Shown piece by piece: positions 1 to 11,200 of a stretch of DNA of 64,000 bases. Every line of letters starts with the position of its first letter. Positions within the stretch are counted from its first letter, which is position 1. Position numbers and translations under genes: made by a program. The DNA is from an uncultured Planctomycetota bacterium. GTDB taxonomy: Bacteria > Planctomycetota > Phycisphaerae > Tepidisphaerales > Tepidisphaeraceae. The notes beneath the pieces are model-generated. The model searched no databases, was not told the origin of the DNA, and saw only the letters and a list, made by a program, of their open reading frames with translations. The DNA is taken from the NCBI GenBank assembly GCA_963841915.1, contig CAWJEN010000005.1, forward strand, positions 640,001-704,000, given 5' to 3'.

Positions 1-818
1 CGTTGCTGGCCGCCTTGCCGACGACCGTCGACCTTCGCCAGCCGTGTCGCGTTATGTCGGTCGAATCAACGTCTACCGGCGTGCGGGCGAAGGTGACGGG
101 CGGTGAGATCGAGGCGGATGTCGCTGTCGTCGCTGACGGCAAAGGAACGTTGCCCGGCACGACGGCCACTCCGCCGCGGCCGACGAAAGATCTCGGGCTC
201 AAGGCGCACTTTGCCGGTGTCGACCTGCCGCCGGAGTCGATTCACCTCTTCGGCCTTTGCGGTCATTACGTCGGCGTCGCGGCGGTGTCGGACGGCGAGC
301 GGGTCGTCTGGAACGTTGCCTTCAACCTGCCGGCCCGCCGACTCGTGCCGGGTGAGGCGCACGACGACCTGTTTCATCGCCTGCTTGCTGAGAATCCGGC
401 GATGCGGCGTGCTTTCGCCGGTGCCGGGCGAATCGGCGAGTGGAAGGCGTCGCCGCTGCCCCGCTTTGCCCCGAAGCCTTCAATACACTGGCCGGCGCAT
501 GTCATTCCGGTCGGGAACGCGGCAGCGGCGCTCGAACCCGTCGGCGGCGAGGGCATGGGACTCGCCATCGCCAGCGCCCATGCGGCAGCGAAGTGCATCG
601 TCGAGGGCAATGTGCCTGGTGCCTTGGACGCGGAGTACCGCCGCCTGTGGCGGGTGCGCCGGCCGATGTGTCGAACGGCTGCCGTCGCGTTGTCGCATCG
701 GCCGTTCGACGAACTGACGGTCCTGCTGGCGAAAACGGTTCCGCTGCTGGGACGACTCGGCATGAAATGGGCAGGCAAAGCCGACGGAACGCTCAAGCAG
801 CGGCTGGCCCTGTCGTGA
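1..818 (+). CDS. FAD/NAD(P)-dependent oxidoreductase (geranylgeranyl-reductase-like), 5' truncated by window edge
   Basis: Motifs AVVADGK and VGNAAAALEPVGGEGMGLAIASA (GDAA...P..GeG second FAD motif). Confidence 0.8.
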   Translation, partial: LLAALPTTVDLRQPCRVMSVESTSTGVRAKVTGGEIEADVAVVADGKGTLPGTTATPPRPTKDLGLKAHFAGVDLPPESIHLFGLCGHYVGVAAVSDGERVVWNVAFNLPARRLVPGEAHDDLFHRLLAENPAMRRAFAGAGRIGEWKASPLPRFAPKPSIHWPAHVIPVGNAAAALEPVGGEGMGLAIASAHAAAKCIVEGNVPGALDAEYRRLWRVRRPMCRTAAVALSHRPFDELTVLLAKTVPLLGRLGMKWAGKADGTLKQRLALS

Positions 819-845
819 CAAGCCCGCGGGCGGTATCGTGCGGGC

Positions 846-1424
846 ATGAGCGACCTCGACCCGCACCCGACGGACTCCCTCACTGGTCATTCCAGCCAGC
901 CACCCGGCCCGCACGCGGCGGCAGAAGATGACGAAGTGGTTTATTACGACGGCAGTCCGTTGCTCCGCGGCGAGCTGGGGCTGGTCTCCATCTGGTTCAT
1001 CATCGGCCTGGCCCTGGCGGCGGCGCCGATCGTCTGGTTCCTTACGGCCGAACCTGACGGCGGGCCGCCCTGGTGGTTGTTCTTCCTGGTGCCGATCGGC
1101 ATCGGGTTGTTCTTCTTCCCTGCGCTGTGGGTCAAGCGAAACCGCTTCAAGATCACCAACTACCGCATCGACTACGAGCACGGCATCATCACCACCAACG
1201 TTGACACGCTCGAACTCTGGCACGTCAACGACGTCCGCATGCGGCAGGGCCCGCTCGACAAACTGTTCGGCGTCGGTTCCATCCACATCACCAGCGACGA
1301 CCGCTCCACACCCGAGCTCGAGCTGCGCAGCGTCAGCAAGCCGAGGCCGCTGTTCGAGAGCCTGAAGCAACGCGTTATTGCCGTCAAACGGCAGCGCGGC
1401 GTCATCAAGATGGACGTCGGTTGA
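846..1424 (+). CDS. Membrane protein with bacterial PH domain (bPH_2/DUF304-like)
   Basis: Two TM helices, then FKITNYRI...GII...VNDVRMRQGPLDKLFGVGSIHI. Confidence 0.8.
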   Translation: MSDLDPHPTDSLTGHSSQPPGPHAAAEDDEVVYYDGSPLLRGELGLVSIWFIIGLALAAAPIVWFLTAEPDGGPPWWLFFLVPIGIGLFFFPALWVKRNRFKITNYRIDYEHGIITTNVDTLELWHVNDVRMRQGPLDKLFGVGSIHITSDDRSTPELELRSVSKPRPLFESLKQRVIAVKRQRGVIKMDVG

Positions 1425-1496
1425 GGCCCGAATCAGGAATAAGGGCAGAGAATTTCTCTCGTTCCTTGTTGCTGCTTGGTTCGCGAAGATCAGACG

Positions 1497-1820
1497 ATGC
1501 CAGCGGACGAAGAACGGCCGGTCGACATGCCGGATACGAGCGAGACGTACGAGCGCGCCCACCCGGGCAAAACGCCCGGCGGTCAGCTCGAAGCCAACGA
1601 GCGCGTTGCCGACAATCGGGCCGACAGCGTGCAAGGCTCTGTTCGGAATGACGAGGGCGACGACGTCGACGGCCTGAGCGGTCAGGACCCGCAAAACCAG
1701 GGGGACAGTGTCGACCCGGCGGACGGCAAGGCCCACGCCGGCCGGGCCGATGCGGCCGTCGATCCCAAGGCTGACAAGTCCGGCCTTCCGCCCGAGCGTT
1801 CGCCCCACGGGAGGGACTGA
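1497..1820 (+). CDS. Small acidic, probably disordered hypothetical protein
   Basis: D/E/G/P-rich ORF with GC3-biased codons; ATG at 1497. Confidence 0.6.
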   Translation: MPADEERPVDMPDTSETYERAHPGKTPGGQLEANERVADNRADSVQGSVRNDEGDDVDGLSGQDPQNQGDSVDPADGKAHAGRADAAVDPKADKSGLPPERSPHGRD

Positions 1821-1823
1821 GTC

Positions 1824-2063
1824 ATGAGCAAAGAGCACCCCCAAAGCACGCCCGGCGACGCCAAGCCGCTGCCGGGTCAGGAAGATAACGCCGACCACTC
1901 GGTGAAGGAAGAAACGCCCCTGGGCTGGGACCAGGCGCCGAAAGAGGCCGACCAGCAAACGCCCCACCGCCACCCACGCCAGGACGGCAAAGGCGGCACG
2001 CCGGACAAGGAACTGGGCCTCGAAGAAGCCCAAGCCTCCGGCGAGGAGCCGTCAAAGGAATAG
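1824..2063 (+). CDS. Small hydrophilic hypothetical protein
   Basis: GGAGG RBS upstream, 3 nt after the previous stop; charged low-complexity sequence. Confidence 0.6.
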   Translation: MSKEHPQSTPGDAKPLPGQEDNADHSVKEETPLGWDQAPKEADQQTPHRHPRQDGKGGTPDKELGLEEAQASGEEPSKE

Positions 2064-2111
2064 CGCTGCAGGCGCAGTAACGGCCCGCAACAGAAGGCAC
2101 AGCCGATCACC

Positions 2112-2651
2112 TCAGGCGTCGCCGAACTTCACGCCGCGGAACCTCGCCGCCACCTCGCCGCGGAGCAGGTACCGCAGCGACGCGATCAGCAACAGCACCG
2201 TGATCACGATCGGCACGACCGTGCAGACGAAGAACATGCCCGTCGCACTCCGCGTCGGCGACGAATCGATCACATCCTGCAGCCCGCCCGTCAGGCGATA
2301 ACCGACCGCCAGCGTCAGGTAGAGGAGCAGGGCAATGCAGAACGTGATGAGCATCCAGCGGCCGTAGGTGATGCGGGCGATGCCCAGCACGCCGCCGACG
2401 GTGCCGAGCAGGCCGAGCAGGAAGAAGATGAACACCGCAACGGCATCGATCGGCTTGACAGCGGGCGGCGGCGGACGGTCGCCCGGCTCCATCAACGCCA
2501 CGTCAGGCGGCATCGGTGGCGACGACAAATTCAGCGCCGTCAGCGGACTGCACAACATCATCAACACGCCCAGCACGAACAACGCCCCGCAAATCGGCAG
2601 GACGAACTGATCGACGTCACGACGGGCCGGGGCTTGGTACGGATCAGTCAC
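2112..2651 (-). CDS. Hypothetical 4-TM membrane protein
   Basis: Four hydrophobic segments; probable GTG start at 2651 (VTDPYQAP) overlapping the upstream stop. Confidence 0.6.
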   Translation of the reverse strand: MTDPYQAPARRDVDQFVLPICGALFVLGVLMMLCSPLTALNLSSPPMPPDVALMEPGDRPPPPAVKPIDAVAVFIFFLLGLLGTVGGVLGIARITYGRWMLITFCIALLLYLTLAVGYRLTGGLQDVIDSSPTRSATGMFFVCTVVPIVITVLLLIASLRYLLRGEVAARFRGVKFGDA

Positions 2652-3708
2652 GTGGCATTGTTGGCGTCTGATTGGCGGGTACGCGAAGTGCGAGCCGGAT
2701 TGGCCGATGATCGCCACCGATCCAGGGGCCGACGTCAAAGGTGTCGACATGCACGTCCGTCGGCACAAGTGCGTGATCGACACCCATCATCGCGATGCTC
2801 GACAGCTCCGCCGGCCACGTGCCGCGGTGGCCGTGTCCCTCGGCGGCGAAGCGGAGACCGGCCCGCCTCGCCAGGTCGCGTGGACGGATACCGTGTGACG
2901 TTGCGTTGAAGTCACCGATCACAATCGGTGCGACGCCGGTGAGCCGACACCCGCTGGCCCAGACTGCTGCCGCGTCGTAGGCAGGTGCCTGGTCGTCATA
3001 TCGATCGCCCGGCAAAGGCCGCGTCGCACTGAAGTGCAGGAGCGAGACGTTTGCACCGCCCACAACAATCGAGACCTGCGGGAACGGCCGGGCACGGTCA
3101 GGCGTCGGATAGAGCACGACCGCCGAGGCCGAAAGATCGTCCCGCACGTAGGCCGCCGTGCCACGCGTATCGCGACGCGGCTTGGCGGCGAGCAGGCGAT
3201 AGTGCGGCAACCCCTCGGCTACCGACGTCAGCGTGCCCGTCGTCACTTCCTGCAACAGCAAAAGGTCAGGCGGATCGGCACGGACCCACTCGAAGAAGGC
3301 GTCGGTCTCCAGCATGTCGCCGCTGACGTTGGCGTGAATGACGCTGAGCGTCGGGCCGTTGTTGCTCGTGCCGGCCGGTAGATACAGCGGCACCACGGTC
3401 AGCCACGCCATCGCCGCCGCACTTGCCCACACGGCCGCCAGCCAACGCGGCTTCAGCACCAGTTGAACAACCGCCGCCAGCGCCAAACACAGTCCGAGCT
3501 GCGGCCGCAGATGGGCGAGCAGATCGAGCCTCCAGTTCAGCCGTTGGGCGTAGGTCGAGACGACGAGCAGCGTGGCAAGTGCCGCCAGGAATGCGACCGT
3601 CCATCGCGATCCACGCGTGAGGACCGACGATGCCGGGGCGGTCGCTTCGGCATCGGACGCATCGACGTCGGATGCCTCGACGTCGGGCTCAGGCCTTTGC
3701 CGGTTCAT
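2644..3708 (-). CDS. Endonuclease/exonuclease/phosphatase (EEP, YafD-like) with N-terminal TM helices
   Basis: HANV, DLLLLQEV, IGDFNA, VDHALV, GDHRPI motifs; own ATG at 3708 (MNRQRPE). Confidence 0.8.
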   Translation of the reverse strand: MNRQRPEPDVEASDVDASDAEATAPASSVLTRGSRWTVAFLAALATLLVVSTYAQRLNWRLDLLAHLRPQLGLCLALAAVVQLVLKPRWLAAVWASAAAMAWLTVVPLYLPAGTSNNGPTLSVIHANVSGDMLETDAFFEWVRADPPDLLLLQEVTTGTLTSVAEGLPHYRLLAAKPRRDTRGTAAYVRDDLSASAVVLYPTPDRARPFPQVSIVVGGANVSLLHFSATRPLPGDRYDDQAPAYDAAAVWASGCRLTGVAPIVIGDFNATSHGIRPRDLARRAGLRFAAEGHGHRGTWPAELSSIAMMGVDHALVPTDVHVDTFDVGPWIGGDHRPIRLALRVPANQTPTMPRD

Positions 3709-4932
3709 TGGCGAGGCCGAAAGCGTCGTGGATGACTTGCAGCGCCCGCGCCCGTCGCCGCGGCCGACGATGCACGAGATCTTGATTTCGCTCGTCGTGA
3801 TGTTCTCGATGTTGACTTTCGCCTCGCCGAGTGCTTCGAACATCATGCGGGCGACGCCGGTGTGCGACCGCATGCCGACGCCGACGACGCTGACTTTGGC
3901 CAGATCTTCCTGGTAGCGGACGGTGACGGTCCACGTGTCGTCGCTGAGCCGCTTGATGAGCGAGTCGACGACGGGACGAATGTCGTGCAGGTCGCCGTCT
4001 TCGACGGTGAACGAGATGTTGGCCGTGCCGTCGTCGAAGACGTTCTGGATGATGTCGTCGACGATGATGTTGGCCGCGGCGATGTCGCGGAAGATGTGGG
4101 CCGCGGCACCGGGCCGGTCGGGCACGTCGGCCAGCGTCACGCGGACGAGGTTGCGCTTCAAGGCCGCTCCGCTGACGAGAATGTCTTCCATTTCAGGCGT
4201 TTCCTTCACGACCATCGTGCCGGGGTTGTCGTTGGCGCTGTTGCGTACGTGGATCGGCACGTCGTACTTCTTGGCAAACTCGACGGCCCGCGTCTGCAGG
4301 ACGCCCGCCCCGAGGCCGCTGAGCTCGAGCATTTCGTCGTACGTGATGCGGCTGATTTTTCGGGCATCGGGCACGATCCGCGGGTCGGCCGTGTAGACGC
4401 CGTCGACGTCGGTGTAGTTTTCACACACCTCTGCCTTGAGCACGGCCCCGAGGGCGACGAGCGTCGCGTTGCTCCCGCCGCGTCCCAGGGTCGTGACTTC
4501 GCCGTTCGGCGAAACGCCCTGGAAACCAGCAACAACGACGATCTTGCCCGCGTCAAGCTGGCCGCGGATGCGGTCGGTGTCGATCGCCTTGATGCGCGCT
4601 TTGGTAAAGGCGTCGTCGGTCTGCAGATTGATCTGCGGCCCGGTGAAGCTGACGGCGTCGAAGCCCTGGGCGTAGCAGGCCATCGCAAAGAGGGCGATCG
4701 TCACGACCTCGCCGGTGGCGAGCAGTTGATCCATCTCCCGCTTGGGCGGCCGATCCCCGGCGACCTGGCGGGCGAGCAGCTCGAGCGTGTCGGTCGTCTT
4801 GCCCATGGCACTGACGACGACGACCACATCATTGCCGTCACGACGGGCGGCAACGGCTCGTGCGGCGCAGCGGTGAATGCGTTCTGCGTCAGCAACGCTC
4901 GATCCGCCGAACTTCTGGACAATGACGGGCAC
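3689..4932 (-). CDS. lysC: Aspartate kinase (single-base frameshift near 3751-3753)
   Basis: VQKFGGSS, VVSAMG, TLGRGGS, YTDVDGVYTADPR and two ACT domains. The C-terminus RALQVIHDAFGL* lies in another frame ending at 3689. Confidence 0.92.
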
Positions 4933-4947
4933 GGGTCGCCAGCGTAG

Positions 4948-5739
4948 TCAGGCCAAGCCCTGCGCCTTGAGGAACTTCAGGCTCGTTTCGATCGAGTCGA
5001 AGGGGTCGCGGTAGCAGACGTCCTGCTCGACGCAGTACCACTGCACGCCGGCTTCTTTGGCGGCGGCGAGGACGCCGTCCCAGTTGAGGTTGCCGATACC
5101 GACTTCGGCCATGTAGGGCTCTTTCTCGGAGGTGACGGCCAGGTCCTTGACGTGAATCACCGGTACCCGGCCGCTGAGCTTGTTGAGCCACGCGGCCGGG
5201 CATCCACCGGCGTGAGCGACCCAATAGACATCGAGCTCGAACCAGACGTCGTCGCTGAGGTGCTCGACGAGCAGGTCGATGGCCGTTGAGCTTTGGTAGT
5301 CGTCCTTACCGCCGACTTTGGCCCATTCGTGGGAGTGGTTATGGTAGCCGGCGTGATAGCCGAGCGCCTTGAGCTGCCTGGCCCCTTCGTTGAACTGCTT
5401 GGCGTAGGCGACCCAGTTAGCTTCGTTGAAGTCGCCCTTGCCCGGGAAATACCCGCCGACGGCGGTGTACTTGCAGTCGAGCACCTCGAGCTCATCGGCG
5501 ACGCCCTGCGGGTCCTGCCAGATGCGCTCGGCCGGGCGAGTATGCGTGGCACAGCAGACCAAGCCGTGTTCGTCGAGGATCTGCTTGACGACGACCGGGT
5601 CTTCGACGCCGACGGCACTGACCTGCACCGCGCCCCAGCCCATGTCCCGCAGTCGTTTGCACGTGGCGGCGAAATCGGATTCGGACTTGCAGTGGTCGCG
5701 GAGCGTGAAGAGCTGGACGGCAAGCTGAGTGTCGGGCAT
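4948..5739 (-). CDS. Sugar phosphate isomerase/epimerase (xylose-isomerase-like TIM barrel)
   Basis: QLFTLR, YHNHSHE, FELDVYW, IHVKD, VEQD motifs. Confidence 0.88.
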   Translation of the reverse strand: MPDTQLAVQLFTLRDHCKSESDFAATCKRLRDMGWGAVQVSAVGVEDPVVVKQILDEHGLVCCATHTRPAERIWQDPQGVADELEVLDCKYTAVGGYFPGKGDFNEANWVAYAKQFNEGARQLKALGYHAGYHNHSHEWAKVGGKDDYQSSTAIDLLVEHLSDDVWFELDVYWVAHAGGCPAAWLNKLSGRVPVIHVKDLAVTSEKEPYMAEVGIGNLNWDGVLAAAKEAGVQWYCVEQDVCYRDPFDSIETSLKFLKAQGLA

Positions 5740-5785
5740 GGCGGCAGCTTAGGAGTGCGTGCCTTGCAGCGGCACCTCGTGTAGC

Positions 5786-8236
5786 GTGCGACGCTTGCTC
5801 AAGGCGCTGCTCTGGATCGCGACGCTGGTGCTGTGCGGCATGCCGTTCGTGGCCGCTTTGTGGCCTGCGGTGACGCGACCGACGCAACTCGGCATCGACG
5901 GCGACGTCTTACGCGTCACAGCGTCGTCTGTGGCAGCAGCCGTTGTCGCAACTGCGTTGGCGGCGGGGCTTGGCATCGGACCCGCGTGGCTCATGCGACG
6001 CGGTGGGAAGCTGGCGGTCCTCGTCGCGACAGTCGCGCTGGCGACGCTGGCCATTCCCGAGGCGGCGTGGGCGTACGGCACGGCAGAGGCAACGCGAACG
6101 CTCGTCGGTGTGCCACGGCCCGGCTCGCTGGCGGCACAGGCTCGCGGCATTGTGGCGACGGCGTTGCACGTGTGGCCCGTTCCGGCGGCGGTGTTGGCAG
6201 TCGCCTGGTCGCGCCTGCCGACGGCGACACTCGACGCCGCAGCACTCGACGGGGCGACGGGGCGCATCACCACGCGACTGCTGATCGGCCCGCTCGTCGC
6301 CGGATGCGGCGGGGCGTTGCTGCTGGCCGGGCGCAACGTCGTCGCCTACGACGCGGGCGGCGTGGTGACGACGGGGCTGCTCGTCCGCGAGCGGTTCGGA
6401 CTGGCCACGGGTGACCGGACGGCCGCATCAGTGGGGGCCGGGCTGCCGATGATGCTGACGCTGGCGGCCGTGGCGACCCTCGCGTGGTGGTGGTTTACGC
6501 GGCAGGCGGCAGACGCCCGTGAATCCGACGCCCGACTGCGGCTCGCAAAGCCGCAGCTCCCACGCAGCGCGGGGCTCATTGTGGGTGCTGCGGCGAGTGG
6601 AATGATGCTGGCCATTCCGCTGGTGGCGCTCGTTGTCACGGGAGGTAAACTGGGACTTGTCGAATCGTGGCCGCAGTGGGCGACGGGTCTGGCGGTTGCG
6701 GGCGTGGCGACGCTTTACTGCGGTGTGCTGTGCGTGCTGGCGACGCTGGCCCGGCCGGCAGTTCTGCAATGGCTTGCCGTTGCGACGTTCCTCATCGGCG
6801 GGCAGTTCGTGGCGTTGGGGCTGATTCGCCTGTTTGCCGCAGTGCCCGAAGCACAGCCACTTCTTGCGGTGCAGGACGTGGCGGCGGCGTTGATGTACAA
6901 CCGGCTGCCGTGGTTCGCCTGGGCGTCGGCGGCGTTGCTGGTGTTCATCCCGCTGGCGGCGGCGGGGGCGACGTGGACCGGGCCCAATGCCCGACTGCGC
7001 GACGTAGCCGCTATCGACGGGGCCAGTCCGGTGCAAACAGCTGCGTACGTTGTGTGGCCGGTGGCGTGGCCAGGCCTGGTGGCCGCCTTGCTTGCGACTT
7101 TCGCGCTGGCCTTGGGTGAAACGCACGCAGCCGTGCTGACTTTCCCGGGCACACTCGTCAACACCATGATGGGCAACGTCCACACCCTCGCCTACGGCCC
7201 GATGGCCCGGGCCGCGTTGCTGTCGGCGACGACGGCTGTGGTGGTCTCCATGCTGGCCGTTGCCGTTTACAAGCTTGGTGCCCGATGGCGACCCGTCGTC
7301 GCCGGTTTGGTGTGCCTGGTCGTCCTCGCAGGCTGCGACGGAGCGGCAGACACGCCGGATGAAGTGCTCAGCGGACGCGGCGCAGGTGACGGCCAGGTCG
7401 TCTACCCGCGGGCCGTCGCCTATTCGGCGGCCGACGATTCGTACTGGGTTATCGATCGCACCGCCCGCGTGCAACAACTCGATGCGACGACGGGCAAGTT
7501 CATCGTCGGCTGGCCCATGCCGCAGAATGACTACGGCCGGCCCGTCGGTGTCAGCGTCGACACGCACGGCAACGTCTGGGTGCCCGACACCCACTACGGC
7601 CGCGTCATCGTCTACGCGCCGGACGGCACCGAGCAGTTCCGGTTCGGCCAAAGCGGCACCGCACCGGGCGAGTTCATTTGGCCGACCGACGTGCTCGTGC
7701 TCGACGACGATCGCGTGCTCGTCAGCGAGTACGGCGCGGGCGAGGCCGGTAACAACGACCGCGTCCAGCTCTTCGAGCGCATCGACGACACGTGGACAGC
7801 GACGGCCTCCATCGGCAGTTTCGGCATCGAAGACGGCCAGTTCCGCCGGCCACAGTCGATGGCCAAGGTCGGTGACACGCTCTGGGTCACCGACGCCGCC
7901 AACCACCGTCTTGTCGCATTCAGCTTGAACGGCGACGACTTCGGCACGTTCAAGCGATTCATCGGTGACGGCGGCGCGTCCAGCGAACCGGGCCGCTTCC
8001 GCTTTCCCTACGGCCTCGACGCCGACGCCGACGGCCACCTCATCGTCGCCGAGTTCGGCAACAACCGCGTGCAAAAGATCGACCCGCAGACGGGTGAGTC
8101 GCTCGGCCTCTGGGGCGCTTTCGGAGCGAGACAGGGCGAGCTTCGCTACCCGTGGGCCATCACCAGCGACACCAAACGCGGCCGCAGCGTCATCGTCGAC
8201 AGCGGCAACGATCGATTGCAGGCAATGCGGTTTTGA
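5786..8236 (+). CDS. ABC-type (FbpB-like) permease fused to NHL-repeat beta-propeller
   Basis: Multi-TM N half with two EAA-like loops (LDAAALDGA; RDVAAIDGAS); C half with NHL repeats (YPRAVA, RPVGVSVD, WPTDV, RPQSMA, FPYGLD, YPWAI); start 5786 or 5759. Confidence 0.75.
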   Translation: MRRLLKALLWIATLVLCGMPFVAALWPAVTRPTQLGIDGDVLRVTASSVAAAVVATALAAGLGIGPAWLMRRGGKLAVLVATVALATLAIPEAAWAYGTAEATRTLVGVPRPGSLAAQARGIVATALHVWPVPAAVLAVAWSRLPTATLDAAALDGATGRITTRLLIGPLVAGCGGALLLAGRNVVAYDAGGVVTTGLLVRERFGLATGDRTAASVGAGLPMMLTLAAVATLAWWWFTRQAADARESDARLRLAKPQLPRSAGLIVGAAASGMMLAIPLVALVVTGGKLGLVESWPQWATGLAVAGVATLYCGVLCVLATLARPAVLQWLAVATFLIGGQFVALGLIRLFAAVPEAQPLLAVQDVAAALMYNRLPWFAWASAALLVFIPLAAAGATWTGPNARLRDVAAIDGASPVQTAAYVVWPVAWPGLVAALLATFALALGETHAAVLTFPGTLVNTMMGNVHTLAYGPMARAALLSATTAVVVSMLAVAVYKLGARWRPVVAGLVCLVVLAGCDGAADTPDEVLSGRGAGDGQVVYPRAVAYSAADDSYWVIDRTARVQQLDATTGKFIVGWPMPQNDYGRPVGVSVDTHGNVWVPDTHYGRVIVYAPDGTEQFRFGQSGTAPGEFIWPTDVLVLDDDRVLVSEYGAGEAGNNDRVQLFERIDDTWTATASIGSFGIEDGQFRRPQSMAKVGDTLWVTDAANHRLVAFSLNGDDFGTFKRFIGDGGASSEPGRFRFPYGLDADADGHLIVAEFGNNRVQKIDPQTGESLGLWGAFGARQGELRYPWAITSDTKRGRSVIVDSGNDRLQAMRF

Positions 8237-8298
8237 GACAACGCTTATTTCCGGCCCTCACTGGCAACCCGACGCCTCTTCGCGGATGATGCCGGCGA

Positions 8299-11200
8299 AT
8301 GGTTGCTGTCGACGCCGTTACTCCTTTGATGCCGCTGGCCGATTTGGGCCTTGAATTTCTGGCGTGGTGGCAGGCCGCGCTCGTCTGGCTGGCGCTGGCG
8401 GTGCCGACCGTCTGGCTGGGGCGAAAGCGTCTCGAAGCCCTCGGCACCACACGCCGCAACGTCGCGATCATCGCCCGTTTGATGGTGCTGGCGCTGGCCA
8501 TCCTCATCCTCGCCGGCTTGCGGGCCGAGCGTGACAACGACACCGTCGAGCTCATCGTCGTCCGCGACACCAGCGACTCGGCCCGCCAAGCGGTCGACGC
8601 AGCCCGCGGCGAGACCGTGATCCGTCGCGTCGTCGACTACCTTGCCGAAAACTCGGTGGGCGAAACGGACAAGCAGCCAGACGACCGCATCGGCATCGTC
8701 AGCTTCGACGCCGACGCGTACGTGGACCAGATGCCCAACAGCCTGCCGCAGGCGACCGGCAGCACGGCCACCGCCGTCAATCGCGGCACGAGCGGCACTG
8801 ACCCGAGCGAGGCCATCAACCTCGCCCTGGCAACGATGAGCCCCGACGTCCGCGGCCGCATTCTGCTGGTGTGGGACGGCAACAAGACCGAGGGCGATCT
8901 CGATGCAGCCGTCGAGCGGGCCAAGCAGGCGGGCGTGCCGATCGATGTCATGCCGCTCAATTGGGCCGCCGGTGATGAAGTGTTTGTCGAGGACTTTTAC
9001 GCCCCGACGTGGCGACGCGAGGGTGAGCCGTTCACGCTCGAAATTATCCTGAGCAACACGAGCACCTTCAACGCCAGCGGCACCCTGCGTGTCGAGCAGG
9101 AAGGCCGCCCGCTGGACCTCGACCCGACCACGCCAGGCGTGCAGGCCGGTCGACCCGTCACCCTCAAGTCCGGCCGGAACAAGCAACTCGTCGTCGTCGA
9201 CGCACTGCCGGGCGAGCGGGCGAATGTCAGACGGTTCCGGGCCAGCTTCGAGCCCAATCGCACCCGAAACACCGACGGCACCGTCAGCAACATCGGTGAC
9301 GGTCTCGTCGAAAACAACTCGGCCAGCGCCTTCACCTTCGTTCGTGGCAAGGGCCGCGTGCTCTACGTCGACAATGCCATCAACGACCGCGGTGCGATCC
9401 TCGCCGACGAACTCGCCGGCGAGCAAGTGGCCGTCGATCGCGTCGGCATCGGCGGGTTTCCGACCAATCTTGTCGACCTGCAGGCGTACGACGCGATCAT
9501 CCTCGCCAACGTGCCCGCGAGGCGCAGGCGGACTCACCGGGCCTCAGGATCTGGCACTGAGCCAGTACGTCCACGACACCGCCGGTGGCCTGATCATGAT
9601 CGGCGGGCCCGACGCATTCGGTGCCGGTGGCTGGCGTGGCAGTGCGACCGAAAGCGTCCTGCCGCTCGACATGGACGTGCCGAGTCGCAAGCAAATTCCC
9701 AAGGGCGCGCTGGGCCTGGTCATGCACTCGACCGAGATGCCCGAGGGCAACTACTGGGCCGAACAGTGCGCCATTGCCGCCGTCGAAGTGCTCAACCGCG
9801 ACGATGACATCGGCGTGCTGAGCTACGACTGGGGCATGACCGGTGGCGGCATCGGTGGCAGCCAGTGGGACTACCCGCTCCAGCCCAAAGGCAGTGGCGA
9901 CCGCGTCAAGGCGGCCATTAAGAACATGGTCCTGGGCGATATGCCCGACTTTGACGACGCCCTGACGCTGGCCCTCTACGGCACGGCAGAAAACCCGGGC
10001 CTGCTCGACAGCGACGCACGGCAGAAGCACGTCATCATCATCAGCGACATGGACCCGTCGCCGCCGAGCAACCAACTGCTCCAAGCCTACATCGACAACC
10101 AGATCAGCATCAGCACGGTCCAGGTCGCCGGCCACGGGGCCGGACTCATGCAGGTGGCCAAGAACCTTGCCGAAAAGACCGGCGGCACGGCGTACGGACC
10201 GATCGAGCAGAACCCCAGCCAGCTACCGCAGATCTTCATCAAAGAGGCGACGATCGTCCGTCGCACGCTCATCAAAGAAGACGACGACGGCATTCCTGTC
10301 GTGCCGACGCTCGACGCCGGCGCGAGCGAGCTCATGCGTGGCGTCAATCCCGAGGCGACCGGCCCGATCTTCGGCATGATCCTGACGACGCTCAAAGAGA
10401 GCCCGCTCGTCGAGGCACCGCTGCTGGCCGGTGACGAGCAGGACCCGCTGTTTGCCCACTGGACGGCCGGCCTGGGCAAGAGCGCCGCCTGGACGAGCGA
10501 CGCCATCGACCGCTGGGCCGCGCCCTTCGTCGCCAGCGGACAGTTCGGCAAGTTCTGGGCACAAGTCGTTCGCGGCGTCGCCCGTGCGCCGCAGTCGGCC
10601 GACTACGAAGTGACGACAACGGTCGAGAACGGCCGCGGCAAGATTGTCGTCGAAGCCGTCGGCGAAGACGCCCGCTTCAAAAGCGACCTCGCCGTCGCCG
10701 GCAGCGTCCTGACACCAGGCGGCGTGGGGCAAAGCGTCACGCTCGTCCAAACCCGGCCCGGCACCTACGAGGCCGAGTTCGACGCCCGCGAAGAAGGCAG
10801 CTACGTCGTCGCCCTCAACGCCAGCGGACCCGAAGGCGCAAGCGCTCTTCGCGGCGGCACGAGCGTCAACGGCAGCGAGGAACTGCTGGCACTGGCCAGT
10901 GACCTGCCGGCGATCGAACGCGTCGCCGAAGCAACGGGCGGCCGTGTGCTGCCGGCGTTTACAAAGCTGCCGATCGACAACGGTTTGTTCGCCCGGTCGT
11001 GGGTCGATGCGATGGGCAACGAACAGACGCTGAGCGAGAGCAAGAGCCCATTGCCGGTGTGGGACTGGCTGGTGCCGCTCTTGATTGCGATGCTGCTGGT
11101 AGACGTCGCCATTCGGCGGATCGCGTGGGACCGCTCGATGCTGATCGCCGCCCGCCAGCGAGTGACCGGTCAGGTCACACGACTGACGGCAACGACCCGC

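Noticed and set aside
2644..4932. 762-aa aspartokinase-EEP nuclease fusion
   Set aside because: The normal aspartokinase C-terminus is present in another frame and the EEP gene has its own ATG; one base at 3751-3753 explains the fusion
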